From: Chiloscyllium plagiosum
Lineage: Eukaryota
Direction: 5' to 3'
NCBI RefSeq assembly: GCF_004010195.1
Contig: NC_057751.1
Span: 18,135,325-18,199,324, forward strand
Length of the DNA: 64,000 nt
Part shown: piece by piece, positions 1 through 10,566 of the stretch
Numbering within the stretch: the stretch's first letter is position 1
Layout of the letters: each line of letters opens with the position of its first letter
The notes under the pieces: generated by a model
Database searches by the model: none
Seen by the model: the letters and a program-made list of their open reading frames with translations, nothing else
Told to the model about the DNA's origin: nothing
Position numbers and translations under genes: made by a program

Positions 1-282
1 ATAGCCAAAGTGTCAACTCTGGTCTCATTTGCTTCCCGCAAATACTGAGTTTCTCTCACGTTTCCTGGCTTTGTTTCAGAATTCCAGCATTCTGCTGTTG
101 TGAATTTGAATTGAAAATCGCTTGGCTGTTGGCAGCATGGAATTCGAACTTCTGTCCCTCCAAGCCGAGACCCAGGATTACCAAGGACATGAACATTCCT
201 CACCCACCAACACCACTTACACTGGGCTCTCTGCCACCTAATCCTACGAACAGAGGTGGTGACTTACTCAAAGCGGACTCGC

Positions 283-566
283 TGTGGATGCAGTTTATAA
301 CGAGTGCCGTCCATTTCCATGGTGACCCAGAGACGTTCCAGATTCCTGTTCTCCCGAATCCTGTCCACCACGACACCGATCCTGCACTACAGATCTGGGC
401 AGCCCAGTACAATAACACGCCGCACGCATCCTTGACAATCATGCTGCCATCACAAGCTTTTGCAGCATCGTTTGGACATACAAGGTCTAGTGATCACTTT
501 CTGAAGTTGATGAGGATGTTGCGGATGATTTCAATAACGTACATGCTGCTTATCATCTTCTCACAC
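283..566 (-). pseudogene. Hexokinase (HK2-like) pseudo-exon: 5' part of the 'FEKMISGMY' exon fused to the following 'SDRLAL...YKLHPH' exon, frameshifted
   Basis: After an acceptor (cagcag|g) the minus strand reads CEKMISSMYVIEIIRNILINFR, then [31 protein letters not shown], then after a frameshift [29 protein letters not shown]|gcgagt. This matches the hexokinase C-terminal half ([67 protein letters not shown]). Confidence 0.88.
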
Positions 567-640
567 CTGCTGCAGTGAGGTCATATGGCTGAAAATGTGA
601 ACAGAACAGGAAGGGCGTCTGATCATCAACTGCATTTCAA

Positions 641-814
641 ATCAATATCCACATTTGCCAATATCCAGATTCGTCAATATCAACATTCGTCAATATTCAC
701 GTTCGTCAACATCAATATTGATCAATAGCCACATTCGTCAGTATCTACTTTCGTCAATATCCACATTCGTCAATATTCATATTCCGCAATATCAACTTTC
801 CTCAATATCAACAT
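641..814. repeat. 16-bp minisatellite (consensus caatatccacattcgt), about 10-11 imperfect copies
   Basis: Visible tandem units: caatatccacatttgc, caatatccagattcgt, caatatcaacattcgt, caatattcacgttcgt and further copies. Confidence 0.9.
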
Positions 815-820
815 GATTGG

Positions 821-1190
821 TGCATGCGTGCGTGTGTGTGTGGGTGTGTGTGTGGGTGTGAGTGACAGAGAGAGAGAGGTAGAAAGTGAAGGAGAGAGAG
901 AGAAAGGCTTAGACAAGGAGAAAGCAAGGAAGAAAGGAGACAGAGAGAAACGGAGAGAGGTCGAGTTAGAGAGAGACAGACTGACAGAGACAAGAGATAG
1001 AGACAAGGGATATGGAGATAGAGAGAGAGAGACATGCATAGAGTTATGGAGCGAGAGACACAAGACATATGGACAGAAAAAGAGAGAGAGATATAGAGTG
1101 AGAGACAGAGACACTGAGAGATAGGGAGAGAGATGGACGGAAAGAAAGAGCATGAGAGAGAGGCAGAGACAGATGGGCCGACTGATAGAT
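821..1190. repeat. (GT)n followed by degenerate (GA)n microsatellite / purine-rich low complexity
   Basis: Direct inspection. It explains the spurious ER/SL-rich ORFs at 770-1204. Confidence 0.95.
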
Positions 1191-1479
1191 CGATAAATCC
1201 TCAATTCAATCTATACCACTTAATAAGTTCCCGATCTTATTTAAGGGACAGTGGGAGCCGGGATGAGGGTGGAGAGCAACTTTCAATGTTTGCCAGAGAC
1301 CCATGGTCGTTGTGAGCTGGTTCATGGAGTGTTAGTTTCAGGAGGAAATGGGGAAGGGATGAGATGGTTTGTAACTCAGGTACAGCAGGACGTCACTCAG
1401 CCCATTGCTCCTCTGTGGCGCTGCGCCCGGCAATCTGGTCAATTCCACTCCGACCCCACTCCACTCCTCAGGAACTCAG

Positions 1480-1634
1480 TTCTCAGTCTGAAACAGGAAC
1501 ATCGTCTGGAAATGGCGCTGGTCATGTGCCTCTCTGAGATCCGGGCTCGAAACAACAACCCCCACTTACTGAAATTGATGAGGATTTTGCGGATGATTTT
1601 ACCAACGTACATGCTGCTCATCATCTTCTCGCAC
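1480..1634 (-). pseudogene. Hexokinase (HK2-like) pseudo-exon, second and full-length copy of the 'FEKMISGMY...FLSQIE' exon
   Basis: cagcag|[42 protein letters not shown], 1-bp shift, then QTMFLFQTE|ctgagt (mutated donor). Compare HK2 [52 protein letters not shown]. Confidence 0.9.
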
Positions 1635-1759
1635 CTGCTGCAGCAAGGTCATATGGGTGAACATGGGAACAGACAGAACAGCATGAGTAGGCCAATCTGT
1701 CCTTCTAATTTGCTGCGTCGTGCAATCACGTCATAGGTCTGATCATCCAATTCAGTCAG

Positions 1760-3990
1760 TGCTGTGCTCTGCTACCTTTCGTGGATCCCTTTATCTCTAT
1801 GAACTGTATGCAACTGCTTCTTGAAAGCAATACGTTCTGTGGCAGATACTTACACAGGCTCCCACATTGTCTGGGTGAAGATATTTCTCCTCATCTCAGA
1901 TCCACCCGATCTCCGTAGACTCTGACCGCCTGGTTCTGGATTCACTTGGTCATCAGGAACATCCTTTCCACTGTCTAGGCCGTGTTAGAATTTAATAGGT
2001 TTCTACAGAACACCCTTGCCCCTCCCCCATTCTTCAAAACTCCCAATGAATATAAACAGAACCAATCCTCTCTCTCCATCATTTAGTCCCAAAATCACTC
2101 TGGGGATCCTTCGCGGGCATACCTCCATCACCAGAAAATTCTTCCTCCGAAGTGGAGAACCTAAACAGCTTACACACAATACGCGATTGTGTGGTCTTGC
2201 TCGGTTTAATGGCAGCGATATTTCCTGCGTCTGTGCTCGAATCGTCGCGCCGTGGAGGGGAGCATAATCCCACTGGCCTTCGTCACCGCCCGCTGCTACT
2301 GTAAGACTGACTTTCAGTGAGTGGGGAAGGAGGGACAACACCTGGTCTCAAGGAGGGCTGTATCCGTTTTGGTTTGGTTTAATTTGGAAATTAAGAAAAA
2401 AAAACTCTCTCCTGGGATCTCAGCTTCAGGATACAACAAACATTCCACTCTTGGTAACATCCTTGCAAATCTTTTCTGCACCGGTTCCAGGTTAATAGCA
2501 TCCTTTCTCGAGCATGGCGATCAGAACTGAACGCAATATTCTAGAATAAGTCTCACTGCTGTCCTGTAAAGTTGCAACATGACGTCCCAAGTTTTGTAAT
2601 CAATGCACTGACCAACAAAGGCAAGCTGCCAAACACCTTATTCGACATTCTGTCTGCTTGCAATTCCACGTTCAAGAAACTATGTACCTCCACCTCAAGG
2701 TCTCTTTGTTCCACAGCACTTGCCAGGGGCCTACCATTAACTTCTAAGTCCCGGGGTGATTTGTCTTCTCACAATGCAATACCTCGCATTTTACTGCATT
2801 AAACTCCATCTCTTCACTGGCCCAACTGATCAAAATAACATTGTGCGCTGAAACATCCTGCAGCTATCGGGGAGCAGAAGAAAAGGGGAATCAGCAATTC
2901 GGAGGTGATATGCTGTTGTAGAATCCGCAGACAACTCTTCCCTCCAGCGCCAACTTCCTCTGGCAAAGTTTCTGAATCCTCGTCGAAATCTGTTAATCTT
3001 CCCCGAACTCAGCCGTTCCCTGACGTAGAAGCCTCGGGATGGGAGGAGAAGGAGACTATTCCACTCCATCGTTCAACTGGATCACGGTTAATCTTCCATC
3101 TCAATCCCAGTTTCCCATACTGTACTTGCTATCTTTAAAATCGAGGAATCGATTGAAATTTTCTTCACTGTAGTGAATATCTGACTCCACACTGTCCAAA
3201 TGTGGGTAAAGAATCTCACTTCGCAGATTTTCGATTCATACACTGAAGAAAAGGCCCTTTGGTACTGGAGACTGCGCTGACACGAACTATCGTGAAAGAG
3301 CACTAATCCACTTTGCCTGCACTTACCACATACCATTGAATATTTTGTTATTTCAAATGTTTTTTTAAGGTTGTAAGACTTCCTGCCTCCATTACCTTCA
3401 TCAGGTAGTACATTCCAGATTCCCACTACCCACTGAGTGAAAACGTTCTTTCTTTACCCTAACACTATGCCCTCGCATTATTTATGCCTCAACGGTCACT
3501 GTTTACCAAACCTGTGCATACTCTATAGCACCTCAATCACATTCCTCCCCCCACCATCTTCTCTGTCCCGAGAAAACTTCTGGGGCTATGAAACTCGCTT
3601 TACAGCTCAACCTCTCCATCGCAGGCAATGTCCTGGCGAAACTCCTCTGTACCCATTCTACTGTTACCAAATCTTGCTGTGGTCAGACGACTAAAGCTGC
3701 AAACAGTGCGTCAACACTGGCCTGACCGACACTCGGCACAACTTCAACATTACTGCCTTGTTCTTATACTGTATGCCACAGCAGTTGAAAGCAAGTGTCC
3801 CGTATGCTTTCTTAACTATTCTGTTCACAACTGTAGTGGTCTGTCAATAATTACCCCAGATCCTTTTGGTCCTGTTCGTGCATCCTCTCGCCATGGAGGG
3901 TGAAAAATCCTACTGGCCTTCCTCATCGCCTGCTGCTCTTGCAAGTTTGACTTTCAGCAAGTGGGACTGTTGGGACACCCAGGTCTCGTT
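1760..3990 (-). mobile_element. Cluster of old CR1-type LINE 3' fragments
   Basis: The minus strand encodes degenerate QRAVTKASGIM and QQAMRKASRIF (CR1 'QQAVKKANGML' motif) at ~2230-2295 and ~3880-3940, plus typical CR1 3' sequence at 2440-2830 and 3300-3800. Confidence 0.7.
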
Positions 3991-4075
3991 GCAACTCTTC
4001 CTTTTCCAAACAAAACCAGAATGAAGCGGTCGCTGCTTTTCCTGTACATTGCTAACAGCCTTCTGTGCTTGGCAG

Positions 4076-4173
4076 GAATTTGACCTGGACATGGTGGTGA
4101 TCATCAACGATACCTTTAACTATGATGTCTTATGGATGCAATGACCCTTCCTGTGAGTCCAGCCTGTTTGTCG
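4076..4173 (+). pseudogene. Hexokinase pseudo-exon ('[18 protein letters not shown]' exon), inverted relative to the other HK exons
   Basis: ttggcag|EFDLDMVVIINDTF, frameshift, TMMSYGCNDPSCESSLFVG|gtgagc. AG and GT splice sites are intact. Compare HK [32 protein letters not shown]. Confidence 0.88.
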
Positions 4174-4244
4174 GTGAGCATTTGTGTGACAAGGCAACTC
4201 TCGCCTCTAATCCTGCAAAAAGGCAGCAGGGACTCTCAGCTCCC

Positions 4245-4745
4245 GGCTATTAAGTGTGTGTGCGGTTTTGGGGTCTCCTTATCTGAGGAAGGATGTTCTA
4301 CCGATGGAAGGAGGGCAGTGGACGCTCTCCCAGACTAATTCCTGGGATTGACGGATAGAAAGAGATCAGATCATATTTGATTGGAGTTCAGAAGAATGAG
4401 AGGGATGTGGTCTCATTGGTACCTATGAAATTCTTACAGGGTGTAGCCAGTGTAAAGGATATTCTCAATGACATGGCGCTGGGGGAGTCCACAAAAAGGG
4501 AATCACAGTCTTTGGATAAGAAGTGGGACTGGAAGGAGGAGAAATATCTTCACAAAGAGAATAGCGCAGAACCTGTGGAATTCTCTGCATTAGAAAACAG
4601 CAAGATTGCAAACATTGAATGCTTCCAAGAGGAAGTTGCATACCATTCTTGGAGCAAAAGGCCGATGGTGTAGAAGAAGGAACAGATTAGGTTGGTGAAC
4701 TCATTACCGTATTGAAGAGCAGGCCGTTGCGGGATAGCTCCGAGC
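4245..4745 (+). mobile_element. CR1 LINE 3' fragment, old
   Basis: ttttgggtctccttatctgaggaaggatg and ttggagttcagaagaatgagaggga are typical of the CR1 ORF2 C-terminus. Confidence 0.7.
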
Positions 4746-5149
4746 CTCTCTGTCAGGAAGCAAACGGAGACCGGGAAAGGCATTATACCGTTGAAACTGG
4801 TGTGTCTTATATACAATATATGCTTACCCTTTCACAGCAGCGGTAACATTTGGTTGACTGTGCTGCGGAAATTATAATGACAGAATATGGCACACTGACT
4901 TCTGTCATTTTCACAAAGATCATTTTTACGAATGGATTTGAGGATTTCAGTTCAACTTGGAGGCCCCTGCCCAGGTAGCTCAAGCGCAGAACTCTTCCAA
5001 AAGCAATTGGAATTTGTGAATGTGATCGGAATATATGTGCCATTGCTTCTTTAAGAAACCTGAATTTCAGATTGTATTTAGAAACAAACAGATTAAAATA
5101 TATCATTGACCATATCAATAAATGAGTACAACATTTGTCTGACATTTGT

Positions 5150-5660
5150 TATGCCTAGAAGAGTATTGGCACTGCAAGAAAGGATATCCTGAACTTGCAA
5201 GGGTTCAGGAATGATTCAAAATGTTGTTGCCTGGGATGGAGCATTTCATCCATAGGGAGAGGATGAATTAGTCTGGGGCTGTTTTCCTCGGAGGGTGAGT
5301 GATGACATTATAGATGTTTACAAAATCGTGAGCGGCATAGACAGGGTAGATGGACAAGATATTTTTCCTTAGCGTGGGGAGTCCAAAACTAGATGGCATA
5401 TATTTAGGGGGAGAGGGGGAGAATCTAAAAGCTACCAAGGGGCATCTCTTTTCATACCGAGGGTGATGTATGTGTGGAATGAGTTGCTGCAGTTACTGGT
5501 GGAGGCTGGGTCAATTATAACATTCAAAAGGCATTTGGATGAGTGTATGAATAGTAAGGGCCAAGTGCTTGCAAATGGGATTAAATGAATTTAGGAAATT
5601 TGGTAGGCATGGATGAGTTGGACTGGCACATCTGTTTCTGTGCCGCACATCTCTATGACT
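5150..5660 (+). mobile_element. CR1/HER1 LINE 3' end
   Basis: ggggagtccaaaactaga..., tggaatgagttgc... and a 3' tail tctgtttctgtgc...ctctatgac. Confidence 0.8.
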
Positions 5661-5839
5661 GTACAAGTTAAAACAAGAAAAATCCTCATGTGCAAGAATT
5701 TGAATTATCCGAAGAATTGGAAATGTTCTCCATCGTTATTTGCATCCAAATGGGGTTTAAAGAGATCCTGTCTTAAATACTTCAAATATCTCTTGAAGCT
5801 ACACACCAAAAGTTGCACTAATTCACTGAGAATTTAAAT

Positions 5840-6300
5840 AGAATCATGGAGCTGTATGGCATGAAAACAGTCCCCTTTGTCCAACTTGTTCATCGCAACC
5901 AGATATCTTGAATGAATCTGTTCCCGCTTGTCAGCGTTTAGTCCCATATCACGATCAACCCTTCCTATTCGTGTACCGATCCAAAATTGCCTTTAAATGT
6001 TATAACTGTACCAACATCCACCGCTTTGTCCAGCAGCTCATTCTATACTTTCCCCACCCTGTACCCTGTAGTTCCGGATTCCACCAACATAGGGAGAAGG
6101 CCTTCGCTCTTCAAGCTGTCTGTGCCCCACATGAGTTTAATACTGTGTCAGATCACCCATCAGGCCTCCAACCGTCCAGAGAAAGCAGCTCCAGCCTATT
6201 CGGAGTCCCTGTTTGGCTCAAAACCTTCATCCCTGGCAACATCCTTCTAAAGGTTTTCTGAAACTTTTCTACTTTTCACAATGTCCTTTATAGCAACTGA
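5840..6300 (-). mobile_element. CR1/HER1 LINE 3' end
   Basis: Reverse complement of the same 3' region, starting at gaatcatggagctgtatggcatgaaaacag. Confidence 0.8.
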
Positions 6301-6365
6301 ACTGATACGTTATGTACACATCAACCAAATAACATAGAAACCACTTTAGGCTGTCATGAATCAAG

Positions 6366-8050
6366 CTATTTCACAGGAGCACCAGATTCTCCGGTTGCAA
6401 ACTGAAGCACTGCCAGTTAGCACTGTTCTAAGAAAACGAGCAAGTGAGGACGTTCCAGCTGGATGCTCGATAGGCCGAGTTAACAATTATTACGGCAGTT
6501 CGAGATCGGAGATTTGTGGAGCACGAACCGCTGGCAAGAGGCGGACATCATAAGGAGTGCAGAGAGAAACATCTCCGGAGAGAGCTGGAAAAAGATTCGA
6601 ATCGATCAGGTTTTGAAGAGCAGCTTCACCACAGGAAAATCAAAATTTGGAAGTCTGGCTGTCATGTATTAATTCTCAGACATTGGGAAAAATGCAATGG
6701 TCCCAAACATTGTTTATGCCGGGGTCGGAGGGAAAATATGCCCACAGTTTCAATTTGTTTTCAGTTTTAGGTTCTGTGATTTATTGCAATTATCTGCGGG
6801 ATTAATCTGAGGAATCCGATACTGGATTAGTATTCTGATTTTGGGAATGTTTGGGAGTGCAATGTAAGAATCCAAAGGTTTATATATTCAACAGTTTGAA
6901 TAAATGCAAAGAAAGGATCGATTTTGCAGATAGTCGGAGAAATGTAGAACCTCGGCACATCTGCACATATCCTGAATAGTGGAGTGACGTGTCTGACATT
7001 GCGTACAGTTTTATCCATCACATATTCTCCCAGGATGTTCAGTGTTCGTGACCACTCCTCCCACTGTTTTGCATTCATTGGAAAATCTAAGATCAGTGTC
7101 TGGGCTGAAATCCTGGATTTGTTGGTGTTGAGCGGAAGGAACTTGTCAAGTTTTTTTTTTGGAGCTCTAGAAGAGGCAGCAGTTGTTTTCCCAGAGGTGG
7201 AAGAGAAGGAGATCCTGTAAATCATGCACTACGACCGTTCGAACTGCTGGATCCTCGGACTGTTACTGAGCCTCTTCTTCACACGAAGAGACAGGAAGCA
7301 GCAGCAATTTCCCAAGACCATCGCTCAGCTAAATGCCTGAACATTTACAATTTTCTGGTAAAGCATAGCCGAGATGTTTGAAAACACCGCTGATGTGCTG
7401 CTGAAGCTGGGTGAGGTGGCCTACGGAGGAGTCACTGTGATGAAAATTGCGTTTCGAAATTTAGTACGATGTGAAATCCTCCCAGTTCCTATCTGAGTTC
7501 CTGATGGAACTTTTGGAGAGTAATGTTTCTGCCCAGAATTTTGCATACACATATGTATACCTCACCATACAAGTATATTTTGTGGCCACATTTTCAGAAT
7601 TTCTCAATCCAGAATAAAGAAACATCCAGAAGCTCCAACATGAGTCCCACAGTAAGGATGATGGTTGATTTGAGATATTTCTGCGCTTAGTTCTTTTCAG
7701 AGGCAGCACTGACGCTTGAGCAATTTCCAAGATAACTTCTTCATCAAACAACCAATGATTGAGTGTGTGAACAAGAAGTAAAAAAAAAACGGTTTGGAAA
7801 CCTCAAAGTTTAAAGAGGAACCTCCTTAATTCATTTCACTGTCGGTTTTGAATCTCAGAATAAACTACTGTCTCAGACCACAGTGGGATCTGTGCAAATA
7901 CTTGCTTTAGCAAACTACGTCTGACCCCGATTAACTGTGTGTTCCTGCCACAGGTCATTGATTAAAACACCTCGATTTAAGAAAATGCATCATTGGTTGC
8001 GAAGGTGCACAACGGCAAGGATGTGTATTGCACAAATGGCAGGCAGTGAA
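6366..8050 (+). pseudogene. Large NACHT-domain exon of a shark-type NLR (NACHT-LRR, 'NLRP3-like') pseudogene
   Basis: Across shifting frames: QEHQILRLQTEAL, EHEPLARG..ECREKHLRRELEK, a degenerate Walker A (*FSDIGKNA; expected GxxGxGKT), FQFVFSFRF, KISVWAEIL, EAAVVFPEVEEKEIL, CWILGLLL, FPKTIAQL, SQFLSEFLMELLE, YLTIQVYF, DG*FEIFLR, FESQN, LTPINCVFL, KHLDLRKC..LHKW|gtaatt. Many stops and frameshifts. Confidence 0.9.
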
Positions 8051-9413
8051 GTAATTCCTGATTGCATGAGTTACTGAACGAATGTGCATTATGTTGATGC
8101 TCTGTTATTAAAGAGCTGCTCATTTGTACAGCAGAAGCATATTAAAAATGGATCGTCGCAAATGGACCACTGAGTGAGGACTCATTTCTCAATTTTGTCA
8201 GGACTGGAGAATCCAAAATTGATGCTTCCAAATCAGGAGGTGTTTTAATATCTGTGTTCAATCAGCATGTAGAGATCAGTGGAAGTGGCTGATTTGTGTG
8301 ATTTCGTTATAATTCAGCTAATAAGACTCGTTTTTGCAAATAAACATAGCTAATATTTTTTATTATCCAGTACCTGTGCTAGATTTGCGAAGTGCTCCAC
8401 AAAATGTAAAATACGCAATATGTAGAAGGAACATAATAAATGGAATGTGCATATCACTGTTATACGTCATTTATGTTATATATCTCCTGAAATAATAAAA
8501 CAACTTTGCCTGAAATGAAACTTTAGTGGCAGAGAGCATCCTTAACTGATTACACATGTTGATAATGTAGTAAACGCTCGTTATTTCAGGGGTTATCTTT
8601 TTACCGGTTGAGCAAGAATGCTTGTTCATAAGGTGCCCGTTGATAATAAAGTATGCTGTACCTGCATAATGTAAAAGCTAACAAATAAACTGAAAACGTC
8701 TTTCTCAATTGATATTTTGTTTTAAAATGAGAAAACAAGTTAAATTTAGATTTGTAATCCTTACATGTGCAATCTATTTGGGTGTGTATTGTCAAAGAAA
8801 GAATTCTGGGTTCAGAAAATGGGAATTCCTTTCATCACGAATGGTCAGATTTACTCGCAGGCTTCAGGATTCAGAATCTTGAACAATAAACACTTAAACA
8901 TAAATTGTTGTGACACATTCGCCCTAGAGAACAGGCGCACAGCAGAGAGTGGCAAGTCTTCACCCACAGTGGGCAGCACCAGGGCAAAGTGCAGCGAGTC
9001 TCACCGGGCATTTTTTACAATCCATTTCATGTTTAAGATACCTCTCGGGAAGGGATGTTCGGGAAATATGCCAAAAATCTGACTAGTGTCTATCTGATGT
9101 TACTGCAACATAAAACCTGAAGGAACCTCCCGCGAGTACAGCTTAAAAAAAAACAGAGAAAGCTCACGGGCATCAATTTTCATTCTTTGGGGAATTAGAT
9201 CAGACTGGGGCTTCCTAGAAGCAGCAGATTATTTACCGTCCGTCACTGAACGTAGTTGAACAGAATAAGATTCATTGCCAAAGGTGGAGTAACCTGTTCC
9301 ATTCATGTCGCAAATGTTATTTTACATATTAATATGTGTCCTAGTATCTCCAAAAACAATGACAGCATTACCAGAAGGGAGGTTTGATTAGAACTGCCAT
9401 TCTATTTTTTCAG

Positions 9414-9499
9414 ATGGGTTACAATGAAATGAGCAATTGAGGAGGCAAAATGTTGTGTGTGTCTCCAAGAAATGCAGATTGCAAAATACAGAAACTGCA
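9414..9499 (+). pseudogene. LRR pseudo-exon of the NLR pseudogene
   Basis: ttttttcag|MGYNEMSN*GGKMLCVSPRNADCKIQKL is an RI-type LRR with an in-frame stop and a mutated donor (ataagt). Confidence 0.8.
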
Positions 9500-9654
9500 A
9501 TAAGTACGGGATGGAAAATCTATTTATAATAACTGAATATTCAGAACTGTATATTATTACTGATATCTAACGTAGAGCTATTACTATTCACTGGGATTTC
9601 TTATGATTCCTGCTTTGATTTTCTGTTTTTCTTTCATTTTTATATTTGATCCTG

Positions 9655-9800
9655 AGACTATACAACAATAGCATCATGACGTTTGTGCTGAGGATCTCGC
9701 CTCGCCTGAATCTGGGTAATAATAAACTGGGAGATGCAGGAGTGAACCTAGTGTTTACTGTTCTGAAAAAAAAATCAGGATTGCAAAATGCAGACAGGAG
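9655..9800 (+). pseudogene. Second LRR pseudo-exon of the NLR pseudogene (internally deleted)
   Basis: LYNNSI..CAEDLAS / LNLGNNKLGDAGVNLV..DCKMQ is an RI-type LRR with frameshifts. Confidence 0.8.
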
Positions 9801-9827
9801 TAAATGTCAGGTTCTTATAAAAGGTGC

Positions 9828-10543
9828 TATTATGATATTGAAGCCACTAACTGCACCTTTCACCGAGAGTGAAATCCAGTAAAAAAAAAAACTGCATGTC
9901 ACAAAATGTGATAGAAAATTTCAAGGTGTCACATTTTGGCTTTACCTTAGATGCTGACTTATCCTCACAGCAGTTCGAATTCAGTCAAACAGTTGAAATT
10001 ATGTTCCAAAATAATAACACCAGTCGAATTTGAATCTTACTGTTTAGACAACATCGAGCCAATAAGACGACTGCTGTTTTGGGGTGCAAAAACAGGCATT
10101 TTGAATGGTTAGCCAAAAAGAGCACAATATGCCATTGTCATGCAGACTGCCCTTAAACCTTCTCTAGAAAATGAGCCTTTCCGAAAAAATCTGTACACAG
10201 ACAAAGACCGAAGATGACACAGGGAGATCTGCAAACAGAGGACGTCAACACCCGAAGACGACACTGGCGATTTGGTTTTGAAATTGGATTTGCTGCGAAT
10301 TCAATAGGACTTGTTTAGATTGCAGTGGGAGGTAGTTAACAAATCTTTAAGAGAAAGGAGGCTTACAATTGTAGGAAAGTGGTCTTTGATTTTGGCTTTT
10401 GGACTTAAAGAATAACATTGTTAGATTTTCTATTATATAGGAAAATTTGGGTTGTTGTCGGCTCTCATTCTTTAAGAGAATACAGAGCAAGGTAAGCTTT
10501 TCTGTGTGATTGCTTTAATTAGCACAAGAATTTACTCATAACA
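9828..10543 (+). repeat. 5' LTR
   Basis: Begins tattatga, ends cataaca, and shares collinear blocks with 15785-16474 (e.g. gaatttgaatcttactgtttagacaacatc vs gaatttaaggtttactatttggacgacatc; cagactgccc). Confidence 0.7.
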
Positions 10544-10546
10544 CTT

Positions 10547-10566
10547 TGTGGCCTCGCGTCCGTGAT
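10547..10566 (+). promoter_or_regulatory. Primer binding site, tRNA-Pro-like (degenerate)
   Basis: tgtggcctcgcgtccgtgat lies immediately after the LTR end and resembles the tRNA-Pro PBS TGGGGGCTCGTCCGGGAT. Confidence 0.65.

Noticed and set aside
641..814. Regular short repeats that might suggest a CRISPR-like array
   Set aside because: Units are contiguous with no unique spacers, the context is vertebrate, and there are no cas genes.
770..1204. ORFs of 86-144 aa rich in ER or SL
   Set aside because: They are translations of the (GA)n/(GT)n microsatellite.
111..1736. Plus-strand ORFs 111-578 and 1251-1736 sharing [22 protein letters not shown]
   Set aside because: They are antisense shadows of the duplicated hexokinase exon on the minus strand.
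2230..3950. Repeated peptide AAG(G/D)(D/E)EGQ in two ORFs, initially resembling hexokinase 'EGDEG'
   Set aside because: Another frame gives the CR1 motif QQAVKKANG, so these are LINE fragments.
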